This document shows, in pieces, positions 49,201-59,477 of a DNA stretch of 64,000 nt; positions within the stretch are counted from its first letter, which is position 1, and each line of letters starts with the position of its first letter. The position numbers and the translations under genes were made by a program. The DNA comes from a virus (Duplodnaviria > Caudoviricetes), in the IMG/VR virus record IMGVR_UViG_3300021426_000063, positions 32,001-96,000 of that record; one strand, given 5' to 3'. The notes under the pieces were generated by a model that worked only from the letters and a program-made list of their open reading frames with translations, was not told the origin of the DNA and did no database searches.

Positions 49201-51192
49201 TTATTTTCTTGATAATTCTCTTCTAAGTTTCTTCTTCCAGAATTCACGACCTTCTGCACCATTCAATACATCATGGAACATACTCAATGTACGCCAGTTG
49301 ATTGACTGGTAGTTTGGATCAGCCAAGAGTTTTTCAACTTCCTCAATGAACTCTTCAACCATATCCCTTGGAATAGCACACTTATCATCTGGAATTGACT
49401 TATCTGCATATTCAGACAAAATCTTCTTCTTCATAACAGTCCAGATAGATTCTGCAAGAGGTGCAATATCATAGTTCTCAAAACGAGATGAAATAGCATC
49501 CCAGTTACCCTTACCCACTTCATTAACAAATACATCTCTTTCAGAATTGGAAATGATAATTACAACACCTCTGAATATGAACTCATTAGGCATTGCAGGT
49601 TGAGTATTTTCCTCTTCATCCTTCCAAGAGTCATCAATCTTTTGCATCCACAAATCAATCATCTCCTGGTCAGCATCCTCCTTACTTGCTACACCACCAG
49701 GTGCAGTTGGACTATAATAAAGACTATATTTCTTCATCTCTTTCTTATAGAAATCAGTCTTATCATCAGCAGACTTACGACCAATCTCTGTGAAGTACTG
49801 TTTCTGTCTGTCACCTTTAAGTCTTCTTACATTGTAAACCTTCAACTTTGACTCCTTACCAGGGAAACCAATCAAACAGTCTTCAATATCAGTCTGGAGA
49901 GCATTCTTCCACATAGAGATACGGTAATCACCATCAAAGAGGTTAGGTGAATCATCAAACACCAACATCTTACCATTATACTCATACATCAACTGATATA
50001 CAGAATCAGCGGTTGAACAACCAGAACCAGCCCAAACATAGTCCCTATTCAACACCATATTTTTCTCTTTAAGGATTTTCTTAAGTGTATGGGTCTTACC
50101 AATACCACCCTTACCAGTGAGGAGAACACCACGCCTTGACATAATTGATGTATCATTCTTATCAAGGACACCATTCTGATGAACATAATTACACATAGCA
50201 CTTATAACCAACTCCAATTCAGTAATAGTTGATTCATAGTTCTCTGTATCCTCCTCAATCTTGGCCTTCATTGCATCCTCTCTGGCCTTCATTCTCTTCT
50301 CGAGTTCTGCCTCTGCATCTGATACCTCATATGCAACACCAGCAGATGTTGAAATAGCTGGGCCTTCACCACTATAAGATTTAACAAGATTATCAAATAC
50401 ACCAGCATCAACAGCTTTCTGTACAGAACCTGGTACTCTACCACCAGATGCCAATGTCATAACACTATTGGCACAATCCATCATATATCTTGTCTGACCA
50501 TCTCTGGTTGCCAATGGACCACCAACAAATGCTTTAAGAATCCTTGTAGCCATAGGATCATTATCCTGTATTAACAAGAAATACTGTTCAACAGCATTCT
50601 TTAAACCATAATCACGGATAAATCCATATACATACTGTCTGTCATCATCTGACATCTTTTCAAAATTCCTTACATTCTTCTCAACATAACCAGCGCCAAT
50701 TCTACCAGCAAATGCCTCATCAATAGGTTCTGTGTTCTGTAAATCATAAACCAACTGATCAAGCATATCCTTGAAACCAAGTTTCTTTGTTGAATAGGTA
50801 ACTATTGCAACATTTTCCTTACCAACCTCAAAATCATCAAATATTGAAATTGATTTCTCATTTGTATCACGACAACATACAATATTTTTATGTCCACCCT
50901 TTTCAAAGAATCTTACACCTGGGACACCATTCAAATAAACAATATTATATCCAATACCAAAATCACCAATATTCTTCAATCTCTTTGAAACAATATTGGA
51001 AATTTTCAAAAGATATTTGTCTTCATAAACAGGTGTACCTATGATAACTTCTTCCTCAGGAAAATTTGGATCAATCTCTGGAATCTCCATTGTTTGCTTT
51101 TCAGGTTCCAATGCTACTTCAGTTGATTCTTTCAATGCCTTTTTCTTTTCAATAAATTCTTTGGCATCAAAATTTTTGAACTTATTTATCAT
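49201..51192 (-). CDS. AAA+-type P-loop ATPase
   Basis: LTGKGGIGKT (Walker A), LVFDD (Walker B), IIISN, AISSR; late promoter at 51223-51230. Confidence 0.8.
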   Translation of the reverse strand: MINKFKNFDAKEFIEKKKALKESTEVALEPEKQTMEIPEIDPNFPEEEVIIGTPVYEDKYLLKISNIVSKRLKNIGDFGIGYNIVYLNGVPGVRFFEKGGHKNIVCCRDTNEKSISIFDDFEVGKENVAIVTYSTKKLGFKDMLDQLVYDLQNTEPIDEAFAGRIGAGYVEKNVRNFEKMSDDDRQYVYGFIRDYGLKNAVEQYFLLIQDNDPMATRILKAFVGGPLATRDGQTRYMMDCANSVMTLASGGRVPGSVQKAVDAGVFDNLVKSYSGEGPAISTSAGVAYEVSDAEAELEKRMKAREDAMKAKIEEDTENYESTITELELVISAMCNYVHQNGVLDKNDTSIMSRRGVLLTGKGGIGKTHTLKKILKEKNMVLNRDYVWAGSGCSTADSVYQLMYEYNGKMLVFDDSPNLFDGDYRISMWKNALQTDIEDCLIGFPGKESKLKVYNVRRLKGDRQKQYFTEIGRKSADDKTDFYKKEMKKYSLYYSPTAPGGVASKEDADQEMIDLWMQKIDDSWKDEEENTQPAMPNEFIFRGVVIIISNSERDVFVNEVGKGNWDAISSRFENYDIAPLAESIWTVMKKKILSEYADKSIPDDKCAIPRDMVEEFIEEVEKLLADPNYQSINWRTLSMFHDVLNGAEGREFWKKKLRRELSRK

Positions 51193-51222
51193 ATCTTATT
51201 TTTATACTTATATAATATATGT

Positions 51223-51230
51223 TATTTATG
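51223..51230 (-). promoter_or_regulatory. phage late promoter CATAAATA
   Basis: Heads the AAA/AAA/peptidase/vWA cluster; a second copy lies at 46342-46349. Confidence 0.7.
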
Positions 51231-51236
51231 AAAGTG

Positions 51237-52079
51237 TCAATTTATGTACAATTTTTCATATACATTATCATTATCCATCTTCTGCTTAATCTGCCTGTAT
51301 CCCCAGTTTCTTGTATTGATATCAACACAGTTCTCATAACAATCACCCGGGACAATCAACATATCATCAACAGAATCAAAACTCAATGCATACTTTATAC
51401 CCCTTTCATTCATAAGTGCCAGTTTACCAAACAACTCATAATAATCAACCTTTCCAAAGTACTTTCCAGTACTCCTGGTCATCTCATAAGGAGGATCCAG
51501 GTAAGTAAAATCATCAAGGTTCATTGCATCCAACATCATCCTGTAATCACACCTCTTGAAAAGAACATTATGTTCATTGAGTAGTCTGCTCCATTCATCC
51601 AGAACTTTCTTTAATCTCTTTGGTTTGATGCCCTCTCTGGTGAGATGAAAAGTATTATTGAAGTTACCATACTTATTGTATCTTGGAATTCCATTAGTAC
51701 AAGTCCTCATCAAGAAGAAGAAACAATAAGGACTCCTGGTCTGGTTGAACTCTTCCCTGATCATCTCAAAGTATTTCCTCCTATCCTGAATATTTTCAAG
51801 TGCATGCATCTCTTCCCACATCCTGGTGTACTCATTAAAAAGACCTTCCGGGTCTCTCTTGACTGTATTCCATAAATCAATCAAGTCACCATTTATATCT
51901 GAACAGACACACCTGTTCACATAATGCTCTGATGACTTGAGTAGTTGGAAAAGAACTGAACATCCACCACAAAATGGTTCATAATATGTATCAATGAAAT
52001 TTGGGAAGTATTGAACAATATCCCCACTCTGAATCCTCTTGGATCCAATCCATTTTATTATTGGTTGAACATCTACCAT
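51237..52079 (-). CDS. dam: Dam-like N6-adenine DNA methyltransferase (D12 class)
   Basis: KWIGSK, YYEPFCGG.SV, SDIN, YLDPPY. Confidence 0.9.
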   Translation of the reverse strand: MVDVQPIIKWIGSKRIQSGDIVQYFPNFIDTYYEPFCGGCSVLFQLLKSSEHYVNRCVCSDINGDLIDLWNTVKRDPEGLFNEYTRMWEEMHALENIQDRRKYFEMIREEFNQTRSPYCFFFLMRTCTNGIPRYNKYGNFNNTFHLTREGIKPKRLKKVLDEWSRLLNEHNVLFKRCDYRMMLDAMNLDDFTYLDPPYEMTRSTGKYFGKVDYYELFGKLALMNERGIKYALSFDSVDDMLIVPGDCYENCVDINTRNWGYRQIKQKMDNDNVYEKLYIN

Positions 52080-52158
52080 ATACTAAAAAATAACAAAAAA
52101 AACCTCCCACCTACTTATTTATAGGTGGGAGGAAAAACAATAAGAATATGAACAACAA

Positions 52159-52950
52159 TTACTTCACATTACGAAATGAAGTCTTTTTATCAAAACCATG
52201 GGATTCCAGATGTTGTACATCAGTCCTGTTATCCACAATCACAGGTTCTTTGATGGAAAGAAGATAATCTGTGATGTTGTTCCAGACCTCTTCTGCCGGA
52301 ATCAATGAAGGAATCCAGGTACCTTCCATAATAGGATTCTCATCATAGTCACCATTCTTGTCTGGTGAAACATAGCCAACCTGTGCAATTGTCTCATAAT
52401 ATTCATCAGAACCTTGTTTGAATCGAAGATTACAAGGAACATCTAAGTAATTATAGGTCAGTTGACCAATAAGAATAGGTGCTTTGGATTTAGTCTTTGA
52501 CCTATCAAAAGTAAACTTCCTCATCAGTTCAGGAACAATCTTCACCTCTTTATCATTCTCATTCTGGAGTACCCTGTAAACCAGGAAAACATAAGCAACA
52601 GAACCAATGACAAGACCAAACCAACTATAAGTCACATTATAGGCATCTGGGAACTTTCCTGACTTTATAGGTTGATAACCTTTACCCCATTTCCTATATG
52701 CCCATCCCCCATTCTCATATCCATTATCCCAGTTTTGACCAGCATAAACACTGTTACTATTAGGATCTTTTCCATTTTTCCAAGTACAGAAGCATGGAGC
52801 ATAACCCATAGGATACCTATCTGTAAGGAGCATTGATGTCTTATTGACCAACCTGGTTGAGTTCCTACGGTCATAGGTGATGTAACCATCTATTCCAAGG
52901 ACACCTGCCAGGTAATCATAATAATCTTTCTTATTATCTATTATTCTCAT
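52159..52950 (-). CDS. conserved hypothetical phage protein
   Basis: MRIID..KDYYD...HGFD.KTSFR termini; host-type promoter upstream. Confidence 0.75.
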   Translation of the reverse strand: MRIIDNKKDYYDYLAGVLGIDGYITYDRRNSTRLVNKTSMLLTDRYPMGYAPCFCTWKNGKDPNSNSVYAGQNWDNGYENGGWAYRKWGKGYQPIKSGKFPDAYNVTYSWFGLVIGSVAYVFLVYRVLQNENDKEVKIVPELMRKFTFDRSKTKSKAPILIGQLTYNYLDVPCNLRFKQGSDEYYETIAQVGYVSPDKNGDYDENPIMEGTWIPSLIPAEEVWNNITDYLLSIKEPVIVDNRTDVQHLESHGFDKKTSFRNVK

Positions 52951-52969
52951 ATCTCAAAGTTTTACAATA

Positions 52970-53000
52970 CAAAGATAATAGATTTTTCTGACATTCCAAA
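52970..53000 (-). promoter_or_regulatory. Bacteroidetes sigma-A-type promoter (TTTG-N19-TATCTTTG)
   Basis: TTTG at 53000-52997; TATCTTTG at 52977-52970. Confidence 0.75.
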
Positions 53001-53003
53001 ATT

Positions 53004-54149
53004 TTAATTTACATTAAATCCAATTTTCTTCTTCTTTTTGGATTCAGATGTATATTCAATCTCTGGATTGAAGAGTTCTGCCAAAGAAACATCCTTGTTT
53101 ACCTTTTGTAGTCCAAGTTTCTCTGCCACCTTGTTTGCCTTGTCCTTGTCAAGAAGTTCAAACTCATACTTACACTTACATCTACCAGGCCTCAACAGAG
53201 CCTCATCAATCTTATGGTAATCTGTATTGAAGGTACAGATAATCTTGATATTGAGAGCATCTGCAAGAATACCATCTGTCATATTAAGCAAATCAGAAAT
53301 ACCATCACTCCTTTCACCATCATCAACAGTTATAAGGTCTTCACAGTCTTCAATCACAAACACACAACCTCTGTTCCTCAAAAGGAATGGAAGGATGGCA
53401 GGGTCTGTGAAATCCTCAAACAACTTACTTGGTACATAGATGAACTTCCTCTTGTCAGTTTCACATTCAGAAATGAGATATCTGATATAAGTACTCTTAC
53501 CAGTACCAGGTTTACCATAAAGAAGATAAAGACCATTCTTGTCTTTCAAGATTGAATTGACAATAGATTTATGTGCTTCCTCAAACCCATCATTATAGAG
53601 GTCAAAATCAAGTTTACCTTCAATATCAACATTGAAGTTATCAAGATATAAATCAGGATCTTTCACAATGACATAACACTTAACCCTGTCATCATCCTGA
53701 TCATACTTCTTCAAATACTTATTGACAACCTCTTCAATCTTATCTGTACCAAGATGAGAAACAACATTTATCATCTCAAAATCCAGATAAATCATAACTG
53801 GTTCTTTGTTTGACACAAGGATGAACCGGTTAGTCTCAATCTTTTCAGTGTTTGATTCTTCAATACTCTCCTCACATCTTGGTTTTGTCTTACAATAATT
53901 GAGTTTACCATAATCATATAAAAGAGGTACAAAATCACCAGATGCAACAAGGTCATTGAAGATGACATTGTAAATATCAAAATCCTCATCCTCATCAATC
54001 CTGTTAATATCCATTGAATACCTATACACAGGAAGTGCATCAAAAATCTCCATATACCAATGGTCCTGATCAACAGCCTTCATCTGTGACATTGCATACA
54101 GATTGTTTCCAACCTCCTTCACAGTATTTCCAATATTTACTTTTACCAT
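53004..54149 (-). CDS. AAA+ ATPase (classical clade, SRH motif)
   Basis: LYGKPGTGKS, VIEDCE, LLNMTDG, IDEALLRPGR, C-terminal KIGF. Confidence 0.88.
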   Translation of the reverse strand: MVKVNIGNTVKEVGNNLYAMSQMKAVDQDHWYMEIFDALPVYRYSMDINRIDEDEDFDIYNVIFNDLVASGDFVPLLYDYGKLNYCKTKPRCEESIEESNTEKIETNRFILVSNKEPVMIYLDFEMINVVSHLGTDKIEEVVNKYLKKYDQDDDRVKCYVIVKDPDLYLDNFNVDIEGKLDFDLYNDGFEEAHKSIVNSILKDKNGLYLLYGKPGTGKSTYIRYLISECETDKRKFIYVPSKLFEDFTDPAILPFLLRNRGCVFVIEDCEDLITVDDGERSDGISDLLNMTDGILADALNIKIICTFNTDYHKIDEALLRPGRCKCKYEFELLDKDKANKVAEKLGLQKVNKDVSLAELFNPEIEYTSESKKKKKIGFNVN

Positions 54150-54154
54150 ACTTT

Positions 54155-55492
54155 TTATCCTAAATGTTCATTTGTATCTATACAATCAGTCCTCTCAATG
54201 AGTTTCATCTTTCCATAGTTGATGTCAACCCTGAACTTGTGTCCCTTACCTTCACCTTCCCTGATTTTCAGAATCTTCATCCAGTAATAAGGTGTGGCAA
54301 CACCATTGATGAGTTCACCTATCCTCATCTCTTCTGTCTGGATGATACCAATACCATTATCAACAGTGTGCATAAGACCCATTGATTCTGATACATCAGT
54401 AAGGTTGATGTCTGAACTGTCAAGAGCACCCCTACCAATCTGTGATGCAGTAATCATCAGTACATCATACTTCACAGCAAGACCTCTCAAATCCTCTGCC
54501 AGTGTCTTAATCTTCAGATAAGTGTTCTCTGAATTAGGCTGACGGTAGTTGCACATAATGTTGATATAGTCAATAATGACAACATCAACCTTATATTTCA
54601 TTGTCTCCTCAACCTCCTTGATGTATCTCTCCACATCAATGACAGTACCCTGACCTGTCGGTAGTTCCTTCACACGGAGTTTACCTGGTTCAAAGAAACT
54701 GGAGTTCCTGAACTGTTTGATCTTCTTCTTTACATTGGCAGGATTCTCAACCAGTTTGTCATAATCCTCCAATGTCATATCAAACATGTTGGCAGAAATT
54801 CTCCTTGTCACCTTCTCTTTCGCCATTTCGCAGGTGATGAACAGGACATTCTTACCCTGTCTCACATAACTGGCTGCATCATTACAAAGGACAATTGATT
54901 TACCAACATTAGTACCACCAATATAACAAGTAAGTGTCTTCCTATCCAGACCACCATGGGAAACCTTGTTCCAATATTCCCAGGTTGATGGTACCTTGTC
55001 ACTCTTAATATTGTGGTGACTGTCAGGATCCCAGAAATCATCACCCAAATCCCTGTCAAAAGAGATGAGATTAGTGTCACCAACCATTGATGCTGCCTTT
55101 TGTACAATGTCTCCAACATTATCTAAAGTGATGTCTGATGTCTTTACCAGTGCAGCAGCCTCAAAAAGATTGTGGTTTAGTGCCCTGAACTTAATCCAGT
55201 TCTCTGTAATATCTCCCAGCCAATCACTGTCATATGCTGCAATCTCAACATTATACAGTGTATCAACAATTTCAGGAGACAATTCCTTCTTGTCTCCCTT
55301 GATGATAGCCTTCATCTGTTCACAAGATGGAGATTCCTTATATTCTTCAAAGAACAGTTTAGCATTATTGGCCAGATACTGTATCTCTGGATTTGAAAAG
55401 AAATCACCACCCATACTCAGGAGATACTGTGGTTTCTTCAATGCATATGCAAAGATGATCTTCTCCTGATCTATTGTAGTCTTCATTCCCAT
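54155..55492 (-). CDS. DnaB-like replicative helicase (T4 gp41-like)
   Basis: GGTNVGKS, ITCEM, IIDYINI, AEDLRGLA, TASQ, SESMGL..TVD, K.R.G. Confidence 0.93.
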   Translation of the reverse strand: MGMKTTIDQEKIIFAYALKKPQYLLSMGGDFFSNPEIQYLANNAKLFFEEYKESPSCEQMKAIIKGDKKELSPEIVDTLYNVEIAAYDSDWLGDITENWIKFRALNHNLFEAAALVKTSDITLDNVGDIVQKAASMVGDTNLISFDRDLGDDFWDPDSHHNIKSDKVPSTWEYWNKVSHGGLDRKTLTCYIGGTNVGKSIVLCNDAASYVRQGKNVLFITCEMAKEKVTRRISANMFDMTLEDYDKLVENPANVKKKIKQFRNSSFFEPGKLRVKELPTGQGTVIDVERYIKEVEETMKYKVDVVIIDYINIMCNYRQPNSENTYLKIKTLAEDLRGLAVKYDVLMITASQIGRGALDSSDINLTDVSESMGLMHTVDNGIGIIQTEEMRIGELINGVATPYYWMKILKIREGEGKGHKFRVDINYGKMKLIERTDCIDTNEHLG

Positions 55493-55503
55493 AATCTAAC
55501 AAT

Positions 55504-55794
55504 TTAATCCCAGGGTGTTTTAACTATTTTATATCTTGTATTGTTTTTCTTGATATATTCCAGGTTAGTTAGTACATCAATGATTTTTGCCACACCTTCC
55601 TCATCCAAATTATACTTGTTCTGTAACTTTGCATCAGAGAACAAATTAGAATCTGGACTCTCTATACAACTATCATATAATACATCCAATGGTGTTGGAT
55701 AATCAGGTAAACACTTATTAATACCTGTTATATATCTAACTTGTACTTTTTCCTTATCTATACTTACCATTTCATTAATAGTTCTTATCAGCAT
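55504..55794 (-). CDS. hypothetical protein (winged-helix-like)
   Basis: Directly upstream of the helicase; start uncertain. Confidence 0.6.
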   Translation of the reverse strand: MLIRTINEMVSIDKEKVQVRYITGINKCLPDYPTPLDVLYDSCIESPDSNLFSDAKLQNKYNLDEEGVAKIIDVLTNLEYIKKNNTRYKIVKTPWD

Positions 55795-55819
55795 AAAAAT
55801 AACAAAAAATCAATAATAT

Positions 55820-55827
55820 CATAAATA
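55820..55827 (+). promoter_or_regulatory. phage late promoter CATAAATA
   Basis: 28 nt upstream of ATG 55856. Confidence 0.7.
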
Positions 55828-55855
55828 ATTTATACTGTATATAAAAGAAAAAACT

Positions 55856-58800
55856 ATGCTTTTAGGATTTAAAGATTATCAATCTTATAGTATTGATTTT
55901 AATGAATTAGGACAGATTAATGAATCACATCAGTATTCTGATGCAATCAGTTCTGTTATGGATAAACTCACTTTCTATGTAAAAAGGAGTGTTGCTCTTG
56001 AAAACAGCAGTCTCAATGAGTCTGCAAAGAGAGCATATAGTAAGGACATCAGGTTCAACAGGGATGAGAGAATTGCTGCTGCTTGCATCTTCAATGAGAT
56101 GCTTAAACAGTATGAAGAGAATATGAAAGAAGAATTATCTTTGTGTGAAACAATCCTCAATCAGGAATCAGTTCTTGAAGAAGGTGTTGAGTATGATGAA
56201 AAGACTCTTTCAGAAATTCTTTCTCTCAATGAAGAAATCAAGATTTTCCACAAGTTGAAGAATGTAACAAAAACTGTCATTGATGGTGCAAAGGAACTCA
56301 CAGTAAAAGGTGTTGAGGTTGTAAAGGCAAAGAAAGAAGATCTTGTTGCATGGGCAAAAGAAGCAAAGAAAGATTTTGAAGAAAAGTATGAAACTCTTAA
56401 AAAACTCATCAAAGAGATTGTTGATAAGGGTGTTGATACAATTGAAAAATTCATCAATAAGATTCTTGAAGTGTTCACATCAATTGGTGATGACCTTGTT
56501 GATGCTGTTAAGAAACTTGGCGGTCTCAAAATGGAAGATGGTGAGAAACCAGCAACCATTGATCTTGAAGATACAGATGAATTATACAAAGATAAAAATG
56601 ATGAAGAAAAATCTTTCATCAACAATATTATATTAAGAGTTCAGGCAATCCTTTCAGAAGATAAGGAGAATGCAGTAAAATTGATGACAGAATCATATGT
56701 TGCTGAATCTATTGTTGATAACAAATTCATTGCCTGGTTGTCAGGTTACAAGTCTGACGGTACAAAGATGAGTTGGTGGAAATGTATTCTCATCGGTCTT
56801 TGTGCATCACTCATTGTATGGTTACTTCCAAAGGTACTTGTAGTTGCTGGTCTTGGTGGTGCTCTTGCAGCATTCATTGCTGCTCTTGTAGGTGTTACCT
56901 GGAATGGTATTGGTATGCTTAAACTCATATACAGGAGAAACAAAGAAAGAAAACCTGGTGAGAAATTCTTCAACAGAAAGACTTCTATCTTCTTTGCACT
57001 CTCATTGTTCTCAATGATATTCAGTGTTGCTACATTCATCAAGACTATTGGTCCTCTTTTGAGAGAAATCTGCAACACTATGGAATGGACTGGTGGTGAT
57101 GATATGAACAAGTTTGGTGAATTTATTTATGGTATCACAAAGAAAGTAAGTCCAAAGGATGCTTTTGTTGATGGTGGATACAAAGAGATTTCAGAAGAGA
57201 TTCAGAACTTTGGAGGTGATTTCAGAGGAAATGATCTTCTTAAATCAAAAGAAGATGTTCTTAATGCAGTAAAGGAAATGCCTGGTGCAACAGAAGCAAA
57301 TGTAAATGCTCTTGACAAGTTCCTTTCTGCACCTATTGATGCAAAGGGTACATCTGCTGTATATGATGCATTGTCACAGTTTAAAGATAATGCAGACCTT
57401 CCATTTGTTGCAGTATTTGATACATCAAAATGGGGTGGTACTGGTCCTATCAGAGATGCTATCAAGGCATTGAAAGACCAACTTCCTGATTCTGCAATCC
57501 TTGGTACTGTTGGATCAGAAGCAACAAAGAAAGCATCAAAGGGATTGTATGGTTTTGCAACCTATCTTACTGGTGTAAACCAGGAACAAGCAAATATGAT
57601 TTTTCAGAAAGCTGCTGAACTTGCCGGTAAAGATGTAGCATCTCTTCAACTCCATACTTATGGTACTGGTTCAATTGCTGATGTAATCACAACAGTTGAA
57701 CCAATCAAGGGTATGTTTGATGTACTTACTCCTAATGTTCCTTTCCTTCCTATGGTTATGCCATTCTTTGATGAGAAGAAATGGGGTGAATACAAAATTA
57801 GGTTTGCATCTGCAACAAGAGGTGCCGCTGCTTATGTGGTTGACAGAGTTGAGATGCTTCCTTCTGACAAGATTGAGGGTTCAAGTAAAGCATTTGATAC
57901 ATTAAAAACTATTCATAATGGTGCCTGGAAAGAATTCCAGTCATTAGAAATTGAAGACAAAAAGGATATTGAAGAACCTCAATATATTGTATTCTTCATA
58001 AAACCAGATGAAGAAACTGGTAATGAAAATGATAAACCCAAAGAAGGTAACAATGAAGAAAACAAGAAAGATGTTGTTGGTGTTGTAATTGATACACTCA
58101 CAATGATGTGTGCTGATGTATGTAACTTCAATGAATCAGTAAAGGTGAGAAGAAGACCACAACCATACTTTATGAAGGGTCTCCTTTCAAGACTTTCATT
58201 CAGACCATTGAAGGACAATGATAATGATACAAAGGATTACATCAGAACAACACTTGGTCAGACAATGAAGACTCTTGCTACACAGAATGTACTTTATGGT
58301 GTTGGCAAGAAATACATTGACTCAAAAGTTGAAGATAAGAAAGCATCCTATTCTATAAGAGCAACTGTTCTTGGTGATGATAAGAAAAAGGTATCTCCAA
58401 AGAAGACAATGTTTGAACTTGGTAACTTCTCTCCAGAAGAACTTATTAACATCCTTTCAGATGAAAGTAAGAACAATAAAATCGCTTATGACTTCCTTGA
58501 TGGTTCATTTGCTTCAAAGGTATCTATCAAGACAGATGGTAATGGTGACATCACTTCAAAAACAGTCTTGAAAGATGAATCTACTATTGAGAATGTAAAG
58601 TATTATAGAGTATCAAAAGATAAATATCAGGAGATAATGGATGAATATGAGAAAGAATTGAAGAAGTTTAAAGATGGTAAGTTAGATAAGAAACCTAATA
58701 AACCTTCATTTATAAAAGGTGAAGACAAAGAATACTATAAAAGAGCATCAAAGAAATTTATGCAGGAGAATAAAAGAAAAAGAACTTATGACTTTGTTGA

Positions 58801-59332
58801 CATCAGAATTGTTCCACTCTTGAAGAAAGGTGAACTCTATAAGAAACTTATTGAGAATGATAAATTCAAGAAACTCATTTATAAAGAGGATGAGGAAAAC
58901 AATGTAAAACTCAATAAGGAAGTAATCAAGGTTCTCAAACCATTCCTCTTCAGACCTGAAAAGACATTTGCAAAGGATGATGAATATCAACTTACACAAC
59001 TCTTGAAAGAACAGGGTGTAGAAGGTGAACATCTTGGATGGTTCAAGAATCTCTTCAAAGATGAAGAACAACTCAATGATACTTTCAAGGATCTCGTAGA
59101 GGTAATCTGGGATTACTTATCAGAAAACAGAAGAAAGGTATTCAAGGGTAGAGACCTTACACCAAATCATAAAACAAATGAAGATGTTGAATACACTTTA
59201 TTTGATGAGTTAATTGAAGAGTTCTTCAATGATGAATATGATGAGGAAACTGAATATGAGTATGATATGGAAATACTCAATGAAGAACAGGATGTTCTTT
59301 CATTCGAAGACTTCTTAATTGAAAGATATTAA
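55856..59332 (+). CDS. large late membrane protein, putative ejection/internal head protein
   Basis: Late promoter; several INES/LNES/LNEE sites; 2-3 TM helices (ILIGLCASLIVWLL, VVAGLGGALAAFIAALVG, IFFALSLFSMIFSV); C-terminal VLSFEDFLIE. Confidence 0.7.
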   Translation: MLLGFKDYQSYSIDFNELGQINESHQYSDAISSVMDKLTFYVKRSVALENSSLNESAKRAYSKDIRFNRDERIAAACIFNEMLKQYEENMKEELSLCETILNQESVLEEGVEYDEKTLSEILSLNEEIKIFHKLKNVTKTVIDGAKELTVKGVEVVKAKKEDLVAWAKEAKKDFEEKYETLKKLIKEIVDKGVDTIEKFINKILEVFTSIGDDLVDAVKKLGGLKMEDGEKPATIDLEDTDELYKDKNDEEKSFINNIILRVQAILSEDKENAVKLMTESYVAESIVDNKFIAWLSGYKSDGTKMSWWKCILIGLCASLIVWLLPKVLVVAGLGGALAAFIAALVGVTWNGIGMLKLIYRRNKERKPGEKFFNRKTSIFFALSLFSMIFSVATFIKTIGPLLREICNTMEWTGGDDMNKFGEFIYGITKKVSPKDAFVDGGYKEISEEIQNFGGDFRGNDLLKSKEDVLNAVKEMPGATEANVNALDKFLSAPIDAKGTSAVYDALSQFKDNADLPFVAVFDTSKWGGTGPIRDAIKALKDQLPDSAILGTVGSEATKKASKGLYGFATYLTGVNQEQANMIFQKAAELAGKDVASLQLHTYGTGSIADVITTVEPIKGMFDVLTPNVPFLPMVMPFFDEKKWGEYKIRFASATRGAAAYVVDRVEMLPSDKIEGSSKAFDTLKTIHNGAWKEFQSLEIEDKKDIEEPQYIVFFIKPDEETGNENDKPKEGNNEENKKDVVGVVIDTLTMMCADVCNFNESVKVRRRPQPYFMKGLLSRLSFRPLKDNDNDTKDYIRTTLGQTMKTLATQNVLYGVGKKYIDSKVEDKKASYSIRATVLGDDKKKVSPKKTMFELGNFSPEELINILSDESKNNKIAYDFLDGSFASKVSIKTDGNGDITSKTVLKDESTIENVKYYRVSKDKYQEIMDEYEKELKKFKDGKLDKKPNKPSFIKGEDKEYYKRASKKFMQENKRKRTYDFVDIRIVPLLKKGELYKKLIENDKFKKLIYKEDEENNVKLNKEVIKVLKPFLFRPEKTFAKDDEYQLTQLLKEQGVEGEHLGWFKNLFKDEEQLNDTFKDLVEVIWDYLSENRRKVFKGRDLTPNHKTNEDVEYTLFDELIEEFFNDEYDEETEYEYDMEILNEEQDVLSFEDFLIERY

Positions 59333-59477
59333 AAACAAAGGGTGAGATTTAATTCTCACCCTTTCATTTTCAAGTAGATATTTCTTTTTAGTTCCCCAGT
59401 ATTGTTTCCATCTCTTTACACAAGCAAGATATATCAAATCCCACTGTTGATACTTATTGAGTTTATTCCATTGTCCT

